From: Hormiphora californensis
Lineage: Eukaryota > Animalia > Ctenophora
Assembly (NCBI GenBank): GCA_020137815.1
Contig: CM035355.1
Coordinates: forward strand, 8,246,001 to 8,310,000
Reading direction: 5' to 3'
DNA length: 64,000 bases
The position numbers and the translations under genes were made by a program. This document shows positions 27,440-38,146 of the stretch, piece by piece; the stretch's first letter is position 1, and each line of letters starts with the position of its first letter. A model generated the notes under the pieces. The model was not told the DNA's origin, ran no database searches, and saw nothing but the letters and a program-made list of their open reading frames with translations.

Positions 27440-28293
27440 ACCTCACTCTTATTTCTTTGACTAGGCCTCATGGGAACCCCGCAAAACAGCTCCTTTTGCC
27501 CAACTCCATCTCTCCCCCTCTATCTTCACATCTACATCTCTCGGCTCCAACCGTTCTCGGTATTATTATTCCCTCTCTCTGTTTCTTCACTTCTCCACAA
27601 CTTGAAATCAATTTAAATGTGATTAAACATTTTATAAATTGTAACATTCTTACAAAGAACACAGCCTGTGGATTGAGAAGTGAGGATCAAATGGGGTTTT
27701 GACCAGACAGAAAATAATTAGTTAGACAGCCATACCCATGAACTCATTGATTGTTGGAAGAACTAGGAAGAGCTAAGAACTTACCTTTCCAGTGGCAGCT
27801 ATGTTGCTTGGGTCAGCCCTCTAAAACCTACCTTTCCTGTAGCAGCTATGTTGCTGGGGTCAGCTCTCTAAGAACTACCTTTCCAGTGGCAGCTATATTG
27901 CTGGGATCAGTCCTCTAAGAACCTACCTTTCCAGTGGCAGCTATTTTGCTTGGGTCAGCCTTCTAAAACTTACCTTTCCAGTGGCAGCTATGTTGCTGGG
28001 ATCAGCCCTCTAAAACCTACCTTTCCTGTAGCAGCTATGTTGCTGGGATCAGCCCTCTAAAACCTACCTTTCCAGTGGCAGCTATGTTGCTGGGGTCAGC
28101 TCTCTAAAACCTACCTTTCCAGTGGCAGCTATGTTGCTGGGGTCAGCTCTCTAAAACCTACCTTTCCAGTGGCAGCTATGTTGCTGGGGTCAGCTCTTTG
28201 TTCGGGAGAGGAGCCTGTGAAGGTCGTGCCAGTAATCGTCCCTGATTCATGATCCCCATCCGAATCACTGTTATCATTGTCACCGAAATTCAT
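16650..28293 (-). CDS. Ankyrin-repeat TRP cation channel (TRPA/TRPV-like, possibly TRPVL-type), ~15-16 exons
   Basis: Exons (plus coordinates): 28162-28293 (ATG), possibly ~26951-27030, 26317-26433, 25482-25641, 25118-25319, 23880-24042, 23616-23708, 23358-23484, 23016-23182, 22609-22752, 21982-22063, 21772-21909, 19477-19559, 19166-19286, 17419-17577, 16993-17195, 16650-16805 (TGA). Ankyrins: GADVHACDDVGQNLMHEIARY, TPLHVAAAYN, TSLHYAARYD, GRTPLLLAAELG. Channel motifs: HPIIQKLIEIKWYQFG, DSWNVFDW, KLGPFCVII, pore VFRYTLVDDYGYD, S6 ILLNLLIALLSDTFSKVYENA. Confidence 0.92.
17521..19045 (-). repeat. Acceptor-echo array, ~130-150-bp unit x 11
   Basis: Each unit is CTAAC + C-tract + CCAG| + first ~56 nt of the pore-helix exon (FRYTLVDDYGYDTLILLA). 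Confidence 0.93.
19935..21111. mobile_element. MITE-like element whose left end is amplified into a 34-bp minisatellite (~21 copies, 19935-20665)
   Basis: Unit GGAGTCTAAGCCTAACGGAATCCATGCTAAAGGC; the right end TCCGTTAGGCGTTAGAC..CTCCC is inverted to the unit; internal CCTAAC-like tract at 20845-20890. Confidence 0.55.
22050..22473 (-). repeat. Acceptor-echo array, 35-bp unit x ~12
   Basis: Minus-strand unit CTCAGCTAACTCCCTGTTTAG|GATCAAGTTAGAAA; the exon begins at 22063. Confidence 0.93.
23990..24785 (-). repeat. Acceptor-echo array, ~130-145-bp unit x 6
   Basis: Unit is C-rich tract + CTAACTGATTACTGATTACAG| + DYRGRTPLLLAAELGRM codons. Confidence 0.93.
25612..26205 (-). repeat. Acceptor-echo (x3 plus a distal remnant) with long G/C-rich tract
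   Basis: CAG|GTAAAAGTAGATCTGGATACAGTAC at ~25641, ~25764 and ~25852; partial copy at ~26200. Confidence 0.8.
27781..28198 (-). repeat. Donor-echo array, ~47-bp unit x 9
   Basis: Minus-strand unit: last 36 nt of exon 1 (RADPSNIAATGK) + |GTAGGTTTTAG. Confidence 0.93.
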
Positions 28294-28641
28294 CTAGAAC
28301 TAGACACACAATATTGTTGTATTTCACCCACAATTACGTTACGTCTTAAAGGCTTCTTAAGTTACATGTCCTGTGCGTCTGATACGCCTGAATCAGCCAT
28401 GTTGTAGTGCGTCTGGGACAAGCGTCTAGACTGAATTACCTGTAGTACGTCGCTGGTACGTCTTTTTAGTCTCTTAAGCAAATCTGTCTAGGAGTTTTAT
28501 GACTTTATGTAGTACGACTAAGTCTGGACTACGTCGCGACTACCGCGGTTCGACGTAGTGACGTAGTATTTCACACTATATTTTGCCTGGGATTTGGCCA
28601 GGTACTGTATGAGTTGCATGAACTCAGAACTGTGAGTGATA

Positions 28642-30827
28642 CACACCACTCTGAATATGTGAATGCTCTGAATTGAGTGTCAGTGTCACATCACTCTGAA
28701 TGTGTGAATGCTCTGAATTGAGTGTCAGTGTCACTGTCACACCACTCTGAATGTGTGAATGCTCTGAATTGAGTGTCACAGTGTCACACCACTCTGAACG
28801 TGTGAATGCTCTGAATTGAGTGTCAGTGTCACATCACTCTGAATGTGTGAATGCTCTGAATTGAGTGTCAGTGTCACATCACTCTGAATGTGTGAATGCT
28901 CTGAATTGAGTGTCAGTGTCACAGTGTCACATCACTCTGAATGTGTGAATGCTCTGAATTGAGTGTCAGTGTCAGTGTCACATCACTCTGAATGTGTGAA
29001 TGCTCTGAATTGAGTGTCAGTGTCACAGTGTCACATCACTCTGAATGTGTGAATGCTCTGAATTGAGTGTCAGTGTCAGTGTCACATCACTCTGAATGTG
29101 TGAATGCTCTGAATTGAGTGTCAGTGTCACAGTGTCACATCACTCTGAATGTGTGAATGCTCTGAATTGAGTGTCAGTGTCAGTGTCACATCACTCTGAA
29201 TGTGTGAATGCTCTGAATTCAGTGTCAGTGTCACACCACTCTGAATGTGTGAATGCTCTGAATTGAGTGTCACAGTGTCACAGTGTCAGTGTCACACCAC
29301 TCTGAATGTGTGAATGCTCTGAATTGAGTGTCAGTGTCAGTGTCACATCACTCTGAATGTGTGAATGCTCTGAATTGAGTGTCAGTGTCAGTGTCACACC
29401 ACTCTGAATGTGTGAATGCTCTGAATTGAGTGTCAGTGTCAGTGTCACATCACTCTGAATGTGTGAATGCTCTGAATTGAGTGTCAGTGTCAGTGTCACA
29501 CCACTCTGAATGTGTGAATGCTCTGAATTGAGTGTCAGTGTCACATCACTCTGCATGTGTGAATGCTCTGAATTCAGTGTCAGTGTCACACCACTCTGAA
29601 TGTGTGAATGCTCTGAATTGAGTGTCAGTGTCAGTGTCACAGTGTCACACCACTCTGAATGTGTGAATGCTCTGAATTGAGTGTCAGTGTAACACCACTC
29701 TGAATGTGTGAATGCTCTGAATTGAGTGTCAGTGTCAGTGTCACATCACTCTGAATGTGTGAATGCTCTGAATTGAGTGTCAGTGTCAGTGTAACACCAC
29801 TCTGAATGTGTGAATGCTCTGAATTCAGTGTCAGTGTCACAGTGTCACACCACTCTGAATGTGTGAATGCTCTGAATTGAGTGTCAGTGTCAGTGTCACA
29901 CCACTCTGAATGTGTGAATGCTCTGAATTGAGTGTCAGTGTCACAGTGTCACACCACTCTGAATGTGTGAATGCTCTGAATTGAGTGTCAGTGTCACATC
30001 ACTCTGCATGTGTGAATGCTCTGAATTGAGTGTCACAGTGTCACACCACTCTGAATGTGTGAATGCTCTGAATTGAGTGTCAGTGTCAGTGTCACAGTGT
30101 CACACCACTCTGAATGTGTGAATGCTCTGAATTGAGTGTCAGTGTAACACCACTCTGAATGTGTGAATGCTCTGAATTGAGTGTCAGTGTCAGTGTCACA
30201 TCACTCTGAATGTGTGAATGCTCTGAATTGAGTGTCAGTGTCAGTGTAACACCACTCTGAATGTGTGAATGCTCTGAATTCAGTGTCAGTGTCACAGTGT
30301 CACACCACTCTGAATGTGTGAATGCTCTGAATTGAGTGTCAGTGTCAGTGTCACATCACTCTGAATGTGTGAATGCTCTGAATTGAGTGTCAGTGTCAGT
30401 GTCACACCACTCTGAATGTGTGAATGCTCTGAATTGAGTGTCAGTGTCACAGTGTCACACCACTCTGAATGTGTGAATGCTCTGAATTGAGTGTCACAGT
30501 GTCAGTGTCACACACCACTCTGAATGTGTGAATGCTCTGAATTGAGTGTCAGTGTCAGTGTGGCACCACTCTGAATGTGTGAATGCTCTGAATTGAGTGT
30601 CACAGTGTCAGTGTCACACACCACTCTGAATGTGTGAATGCTCTGAATTGAGTGTCAGTGTCAGTGTCACATCACTCTGAATGTGTGAATGCTCTGAATT
30701 GAGTGTCATTGTCACATCACTCTGAATGTGTGAATGCTCTGAATTCAGTGTCACAGTGTCACACCACTCTGAATGTGTGAATGCTCTGAATTGAGTGTCA
30801 GTGTCAGTGTCACACCACTCTGAATTT
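28642..30827. repeat. ~45-58-bp minisatellite, ~2.2 kb
   Basis: CACTCTGAATGTGTGAATGCTCTGAATTGAGTGT(CAGTGT)nCACA; length varies in the hexamer subunit. Confidence 0.95.
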
Positions 30828-31675
30828 AGCACGTGCAGGGGACGCGTCACAGTCCCACGTCCCACGTCAACTATTATTCATAGGTACACATGTGATTCAG
30901 TACACATGTGCAGTAATAGGGACCCGTTAATCATATTAAAGCGGCAACACCCTCACACAACATACATTAACACAGCTATATTCAACACCGAACAGAGTGC
31001 AATTGGAAAAAGGAATGTATTTAGCCACGATAGAAACAAAAACGAACAAATTGCTCCTTCATAAAATCAAATATGCCTCAAAAGATTTCACACAGGGAAA
31101 GGTGGATGAATGGCGAGAAAGGTCGTCGCGTGTGGTGCACCAGATGCTATGTGGTAATACGTGCAATACAAGACGGAGTGTGGGCAGGTACAAATGAATC
31201 GTGAAAAAGAGTTTATACAATATGTGCATATTATACTATACTGATATTGTATAAACAGTTATGGCGTATAATATCATAACATAGTTAGTGGTCCATTCAG
31301 TCAACCAGGGAGTGTGTGTGTTAAATTAATACTGCCTCAACCTGATGAGGGTACTGGAGAGTCCCACACCCAACAAGTTGAGTTGTTGAGTTGTTGAGTA
31401 ATGGGTGAGTGGTGAGGGGGACTCCATGGGCGGGGGGGGGGGGGGCTGAGGGGGACTCCTAGAATAGAAACTTGAAAGTGCCCCTCCACTCGACAACTCG
31501 GACTTCCATAAGTGACGAGTGAATTGCGGTGCGAGTTAGGAAGTAGCAGTTTCGCTGACGTTGAGAATCATCCGCTATGTTATGTAATTGTTAACACAGA
31601 AAAAGCTACTAAATGTAAAGCTGATAAAATGGTAAAAACAGACTGCATAACTAAACACTGATCGTATCACAGCTA

Positions 31676-31766
<91 letters not shown>

Positions 31767-31928
31767 CTATCCGTTTCTCTCTCTACACTCAAAGTGTGTA
31801 TTGTCTCTCCGCACACACCATGTCCATCCTATAAAACAGGACGATGTGTTCCTGCTACTGCATTCCCTGCATGTTTCTGTGCAGCTACTGCATTCCCTGG
31901 ATGTTCCTGTGCAGCTACTGCATTCCCT

Positions 31929-32746
31929 GAGCTTCACATGAAATGATGAACTCCACATGATTGCAGAGCTTCACATGATGAACTCCACATGATTGCAGAG
32001 CTTCACATGAAATGATGAACTCCACATGATTGCAGAGCTTCACATGAAATGATGAACTCCACATGATTGCAGAGCTTCACATGATGAACTCCACATAATT
32101 GCAGAGCTTCACATGATGAACTCCACATGATTGCAGAGCTTCACATGAAATGATGAACTCCACATGATTGCAGAGCTTCACATGAAATGATGAACTCCAC
32201 ATGATTGCAGAGCTTCACATGAAATGATGAACTCCACATGATTGCAGAGCTTCACATGATGAACTCCACATAATTGCAGAGCTTCACATGATGAACTCCA
32301 CATGATTGCAGAGCTTCACATGAAATGATGAACTCCACATGATTGCAGAGCTTCACATGAAATGATGAACTCCACATGATTGCAGAGCTTCACATGATGA
32401 ACTCCACATGATTGCAGAGCTTCACATGAAATGATGAACTCCACATGATTGCAGAGCTTCACATGAAATGATGAACTCCACATGATTGCAGAGCTTCACA
32501 TGAAATGATGAACTCCACATGATTGCAGAGCTTCACATGTAATGATGAACTCCACATGATTGCAGAGCTTCACATGATGAACTCCACATGATTGCAGAGC
32601 TTCACATGAAATGATGAACTCCACATGATTGCAGAGCTTCACATGAAATGATGAACTCCACATGATTGCAGAGCTTCACATGAAATGATGAACTCCACAT
32701 GATTGCAGAGCTTCACATGAAATGATGAACTCCACATGATTGCAGA
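31929..32746. repeat. 37/32-bp minisatellite, ~23 copies, downstream of Kv stop (probable 3'UTR)
   Basis: Unit GAGCTTCACATG(AAATG)ATGAACTCCACATGATTGCA; a single unit occupies the homologous position ~37929-37966. Confidence 0.95.
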
Positions 32747-32913
32747 TCACTGATCTTGGTACACTTCATGATCTTGGTACACTTCATGTATTGGGCACAT
32801 ATTGCATTCTATCTCTCTCGTGATACTACAAGCGTTACATGATCTTGTCCCCTCTTCAAGCTGAGTTCACGTGATCATTAGATCTTGTTCCCTCTTCATT
32901 TGAAGCTGATAGT

Positions 32914-33090
32914 TCACTTCTCATCCTCCTCCATGATAGAGTCCTGCCTCCCCATCCCGCCACCTCCCCCTGGGTGATGATGGTGGTCTGGTGTCTCACC
33001 CTCTTCCTCATCTAGCATCTCACTGTCTTCATAGCTTCCATCGTTAGCAGGTCCGTACTCCCCAGTGTTTTGCATAAATGTACACGTGAA
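32914..33090 (-). CDS. Duplicate of Kv terminal exon (probably alternate haplotype)
   Basis: Encodes FTCTFMQNTGEYG...DHHHHPGGGGGMGRQDSIMEEDEK*, nearly identical to 38147-38326. It lies in block 31340-33382, which matches 37255-38625 and ends at the 100-N gap. Confidence 0.55.
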   Translation of the reverse strand, partial: FTCTFMQNTGEYGPANDGSYEDSEMLDEEEGETPDHHHHPGGGGGMGRQDSIMEEDEK

Positions 33091-33382
33091 CTAGAGGGAG
33101 GGAGAGGAGGGGGGTTATAATAATAACAACAACAATGTGATACTGCTGTGTGTGCCATGTGTATTTTCATGAGATTTCAGGGTGTGGCAGCATGTGGAAT
33201 TCGGGCAGCGATATGTTATATGGAATCAGCAGAATAAAGCCCAAAAAGGAACAAAACCCGCGAAGTAAAAGATTTAAGTAGGTAGCATTTCTAGATTTAA
33301 GGTAGCATTCTTGGGGCGAGTATTATAGGTGTACCAAGTAGCATTCGAGATTTATTGCGAGTATAAAGTCAAGGTATAATTA

Positions 33383-33482
33383 NNNNNNNNNNNNNNNNNN
33401 NNNNNNNNNNNNNNNNNNNNNNNNNNNNNNNNNNNNNNNNNNNNNNNNNNNNNNNNNNNNNNNNNNNNNNNNNNNNNNNNNN
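33383..33482. other. Scaffold gap (100 N); 5-N gap also at 50817-50821
   Basis: Runs of N. Confidence 0.99.
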
Positions 33483-34503
33483 TAAAATAAAAAATTTTAA
33501 TTTTAATTTTAAATTTTTGTGTGTGTTTACCCCCGACTTTTTTTTTTTTTTTTTTTTTTTTTCCTCATCGTTCCCCATATTTCACCCCCCCCCACAAACA
33601 TGTGAAACCCGGGCAGGCCCAAATTTCTGACCCATTTTCTTTTAATCACGAAGGCAGGTCGGGGGCTAAGTCTGACACGCCTATACAACCTACATTGAGG
33701 GTTTGGGGTTTTTTAAAAGTATCATCTCGCAGCCTTTAATTACCTGACTTCCCTTCTCCAAAAAAACACCCAATCTCTGGGGGTCTATGTTTTTTTTTTT
33801 GACCAAAACACGGAAAAATTTTTAAAAGCCCGTATATGTCAATTAAAAATTCTTTGGGGTTTGATATGACACACCCTGAGACTAGTTTTTAAAAAACAGG
33901 GGGGGTGGGAAGGGGGGGGGGGGGTCAAATGTTCGTGAGAAGCATGTATTGTTTTGGGTGTAGACGGGAATGAACGCCGTGTGGCCCGATTCTGGGGAAA
34001 TTAATAGTGTTTTTGAAAAAAATTTTTTAAATCAAGGGGGTAAAGATATATAGAAAAGGGAAAGGGGGGGGAGAAAGATAATAAAAATAAAAAATAGAGA
34101 AAAGGGGTCATTGATATTAAAAACCAAAAAGGGAAAAAAAAAAAATAATCCCGGCTGGCCCCCCAAAACGGGGGGGCCCTCCCCCCCAAGCGAGAAAAGA
34201 TTTTATTTAGGGGAAAAGGGGTTAAAAAAGGGGGAGAGGGAGTGGAAGGGTCCCCCCCGCGCCCAAAAAAAGCTAAGGGGGAGCGGGGAAAATAAAAAAA
34301 GGGGAAAAGGCGAGGAGGAACACAAAAAGGCGGGGGGAGGGTCATCCCAAAAAAAAAAAAAAGAGGGGGGGGAAAAAGGGGGGGAAAGGGCAAAAAAACC
34401 CCCCCGGGATTTCCCCTTTTTCCGGGGGGGAAAAGAAATACCAAACACCCAAAACCCCGGCCTAAGCTAAGACCCCAAAACCCGCCCAGTCGGGGAATTT
34501 TAC

Positions 34504-34534
<31 letters not shown>

Positions 34535-36430
34535 CCCCAGGGGGCAAATGTGGGTTTGGTACTTCCCCCTCCCGGGTAATGGTGACCGGAAGGAAAAGGC
34601 CGGGTTTGGGGACGGGGGGTTTGTTTGGTTGTGATGTACGAATTTTTGGCGGAAAGGTTTTTCCCCGCTGAGTTGACTTTCGTGGGTTTTTTTCCAAACT
34701 TTTTGTAGATGGTCAGTACCAAACCTGTGGGACTGACCCCAGGCCCTTTTGGGACTTTCCACCAGGGAAGGAACCCTAAAACCCCCAACCCTAACTCTAC
34801 CCCCTTTGGAAAAAAGTTTAGAAAATTGGGAGAGAAAAAGTTAGAGAAAAGGGGAAAAAAGGGGAGAAAAAAGAATGGGTTGATTACCCCCCCGCCGAGG
34901 CAGAGATAGCGGCCCCCCAGGGGGCCCCCCTGGGGGGTTCCTCACCAAAAACTCTCCTTCTCCGCGCGCCCCCAGTTATGGGGGGTGCTTCCCTCCCTCT
35001 TTCTCCCTCCTAACTTTGGGGCCCCTCCGGTTCCCGCCTTTCTTTCCCTTTTTTTCCCCTCCCCCCCCTTCGGACGGGGGGGTTTCCCCTCCCCCCCCGG
35101 CCGGTTTTAACCGGGGGGCAAGGGCCGGAGGAACACCCTCGCCCCGGGACCCCTACAACCCGCCCCCAAAAATCTGGTGGGTTTTTTTCCCCCCCCCTAT
35201 TTAAAGTTTTGGGCCCTTGGGGTTAATTTGGAAACCCGAGAGGGGGACCCAAAACCCGAAAAAGGAGGGGAAAAAGGGGGGAGAAAAAACCCCCGGGCGG
35301 AAAAGGGACAGACGAAGCGGAGAGACCAAAAGGGAGGGGGGGAAAACCCCCGGGGGAAATGGGAGGGGGGGAAAAGCAGGCAAAGGGGGAAGGGGGGGGA
35401 AAGAGGGGGGAAACCCCCCCAAAAGGAAAAGGAAAAAGAGACGCCGAGGAAAAAACCGGAGAAAAAAGAAAACCCCCAAGCGAGGAGAAGGAGAGATGGG
35501 AGAAGGGGAGAGGAGGGAAAACGGAAGAAGGGGGCCCAAGAGAGAGGAGGGAGGGGAGGAAAAGGATAGAGTAGGGGGAAGTAAAGGCCCCAGAGGAGCC
35601 CCCCCGGGGGGGGCCCGAGCCGGGGGGAGAGTTTGGGCGGTAACGAACCAAAAGGAAGGGCGGACGGTGAGCGGGGGAATAAGGGGAAAAGGGGAAGGGG
35701 GTTTTCCCGGGGGGGGGAAAGGAGGGGAAAGGGAGAGAGAAAGAGAGGGGGAGAGGAGGGGAGAGAGGAGGAAGAGAAGAGGGGGGAGGGAAAAGAGGAG
35801 CGGCGCGCCCGCGGAAGAGGACGGGAGAGGGAAAAACCCAGGAAAAACCCGGAAGAGAGAGAGGAGAGAAAAGGGAGGAGGAGGGGGGGAGGGAAAATTT
35901 GGGGAAACGGAACGGGAAAAAGGGGAGGGATTACAAAGAAGAATGGGAAAAAGTTTAGAAAGGGAGGGGAAGGGGAAGAAACAATCGATTCCGGAACCCA
36001 AAAAAAAATGATGGTGGTTTTTTAGTCTATCCGCCTATAGACAGTTGTCCTGGGGAATGTATTGAGGTTGGGTGCTTGATTACCCCTTTCTATATATGTG
36101 AGAGATGCCCTGCGAATGCCAGAAATCAGGGCCTAGGTTAGTAATGCGTAACACATAAAAACATAATTTAATAGAATGGCAATGAATGGTTTTCTCAGGG
36201 GTTCCCGTCTATTTTACCCACCCTATGAAGGTGGACAACCTGCTTTCCGAATAATTTAAGTGGGGTAGAATAATATGTTTGATGGAAGGGTTATTTCAGC
36301 CTCATTTAAACGTAATATGCAAAACCTATTAAAACCCTCGACTACCTACTCTATGAAAAAGGCACCTCCCTTTCCCACGCTCACCCATGAATGTTTATAA
36401 ACAAAACCCTCTCTATAAATTAAACACCGA
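33483..36430. other. Low-quality, homopolymer-inflated sequence (raw long-read-like)
   Basis: Extreme A/G/C homopolymer runs next to the gap and low-complexity ORFs in all frames. Similar texture at ~900-1460, 27030-27300, 45115-46300, 50821-52560 and 54850-56160. Confidence 0.75.
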
Positions 36431-37649
36431 AGGTCACGTGCCAATCTTGCAGTCTAGCAGGCACCTAGGGGGCGAACACCGGAAAGGAATAATGGCGGGA
36501 AGGAGAGATGAGGAATAAGCAACCAATGACCCGATCCATGATTGAAGCGGAAGGAAACATGCCTGGCGGAAGGAAACATGCCTGGCGCCTGCTATGAAAG
36601 TAGGGAATGAGGCAGAGGGAACTGAGGAGAGGTCTAGCCTAGAAATAAAAACAATAATATCAGTGGCCGTGGCGAGGGGAAGCATATAGCACGCACCTCT
36701 CAGAAACTGATAAAAAGATCGATGAAGCCGGGGTGAAACGGGGAAGCTAACTAGGAAAGAGTACTATAGGGATGAAAACCTAAGTGCCTAATGACACTAA
36801 ACAGAAGAAATAGAAATGAAGAGATCATAATCATAATACACTGCGTGACTGAGTGATTGTCTGAGTGATATACTGACTGCAACTGACTGACTGACTGACT
36901 GACTGACTGACTGACTGACTGACTGACTCAAAATTGAGTTAACTGACTAACTCGCGACAGACATACAATCTAGAAAATCAACGGGATAGTAACTGACAAT
37001 AAAACGACAAGTTTATCTGTTTTGTTGCGAGGGTTGATTGCTGAGAAGGTGTTTCCATCCATTTAGCAGTGATTGAACAGGTAGCCGGAAGCAGGTTTAG
37101 GTCCATCAGGTCAAAATACACACACACACTTTTCTCTCATACTAGTTTTCATGCGATTCTCACCAAGGTATCAAATATTACAAGAGGGGTAGCGAGAGCC
37201 CCCCTTTCCGTTGCAAACAAAAATTATTCCCCACACTCATATCACTGCCTCCCCTTGATGAGGGTACTGGAGAGTCACACCCACAACAAGTTGAGTTGTT
37301 GAGTAATGGGTGAGTGGTGAGGGGGACTCCATGGGGGGGGGGGGCTGAGGGGGACTCCTAGAATTGAAAGTGCCCCTCCACTCGACAACTCGGACTTCCA
37401 TAAGTGACGAGTGAATTGCGGTGCGAGTTAGGAAGTAGCAGTTTCGTTGACGTTGAGAATCATCCGCTATGGGGAAAAACAGTACTCGTGCACGACTGTT
37501 TTCCCCCTAGCTAACACAGAAAAAGCTACTAAATGTAAAGCTGATAAAATGGTAAAAACAGACTGCATAACTAAACACTGATCGTATCACAGCTATCATT
37601 CTCTCTCTCTCTCTCTGTCTCTCTCTCTGTCTCTCTCTCTCTCTCTCTG

Positions 37650-37730
<81 letters not shown>

Positions 37731-38146
37731 CTATCCGTTTCTCTCTCTACACTCAAAGTGTGTAATGTGTATTGTCTCTCCGCACACACCATGTCCATCC
37801 TATAGAACAGGATAATGCTAGCCCTGGATCAGAGGTGACTGCGCCACCAACAGGACGATGTGTTCCTGCTACTGCTGCATTCCTGCTATATACATGACGC
37901 ATGTTTCTGTGCAGCTACTGCATTCCCCGAGCTTCACATGTGATGATGAACTCCATATGATTGCAGATCACTGATCTTGGTACACTTCATGATCTTGGTA
38001 CACCTCATGTATCGGGCACATATTGCTTTCTATCATTCGTGATACTATATAGTACAAGCGTTTCATTGATCTTGTTCCCTCTTCAAGCTGAGTTTACTTG
38101 ATCTTAGATCATTGATCTTGTTCCCTCTACATTTGAAGCTGATAGT

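Noticed and set aside
27781-28198. Units as real 36-nt exons separated by 11-nt GT..AG introns
   Set aside because: 11 nt is below known spliceosomal intron minima and there is no room for a branch point.
29278-30865. Repetitive ORFs (TLTLNSEHSHIQS)n
   Set aside because: Translations of the minisatellite; the frame breaks with unit-length variants.
32914-33090. Genuine alternative last exon of Kv
   Set aside because: Not excluded, but the copy ends exactly at a scaffold gap followed by noisy sequence, which favours an uncollapsed haplotype.
34001-36025. Long ORFs (253-266 aa) on both strands
   Set aside because: G/K/P/F low-complexity translations of homopolymer-rich noisy sequence beside a gap.
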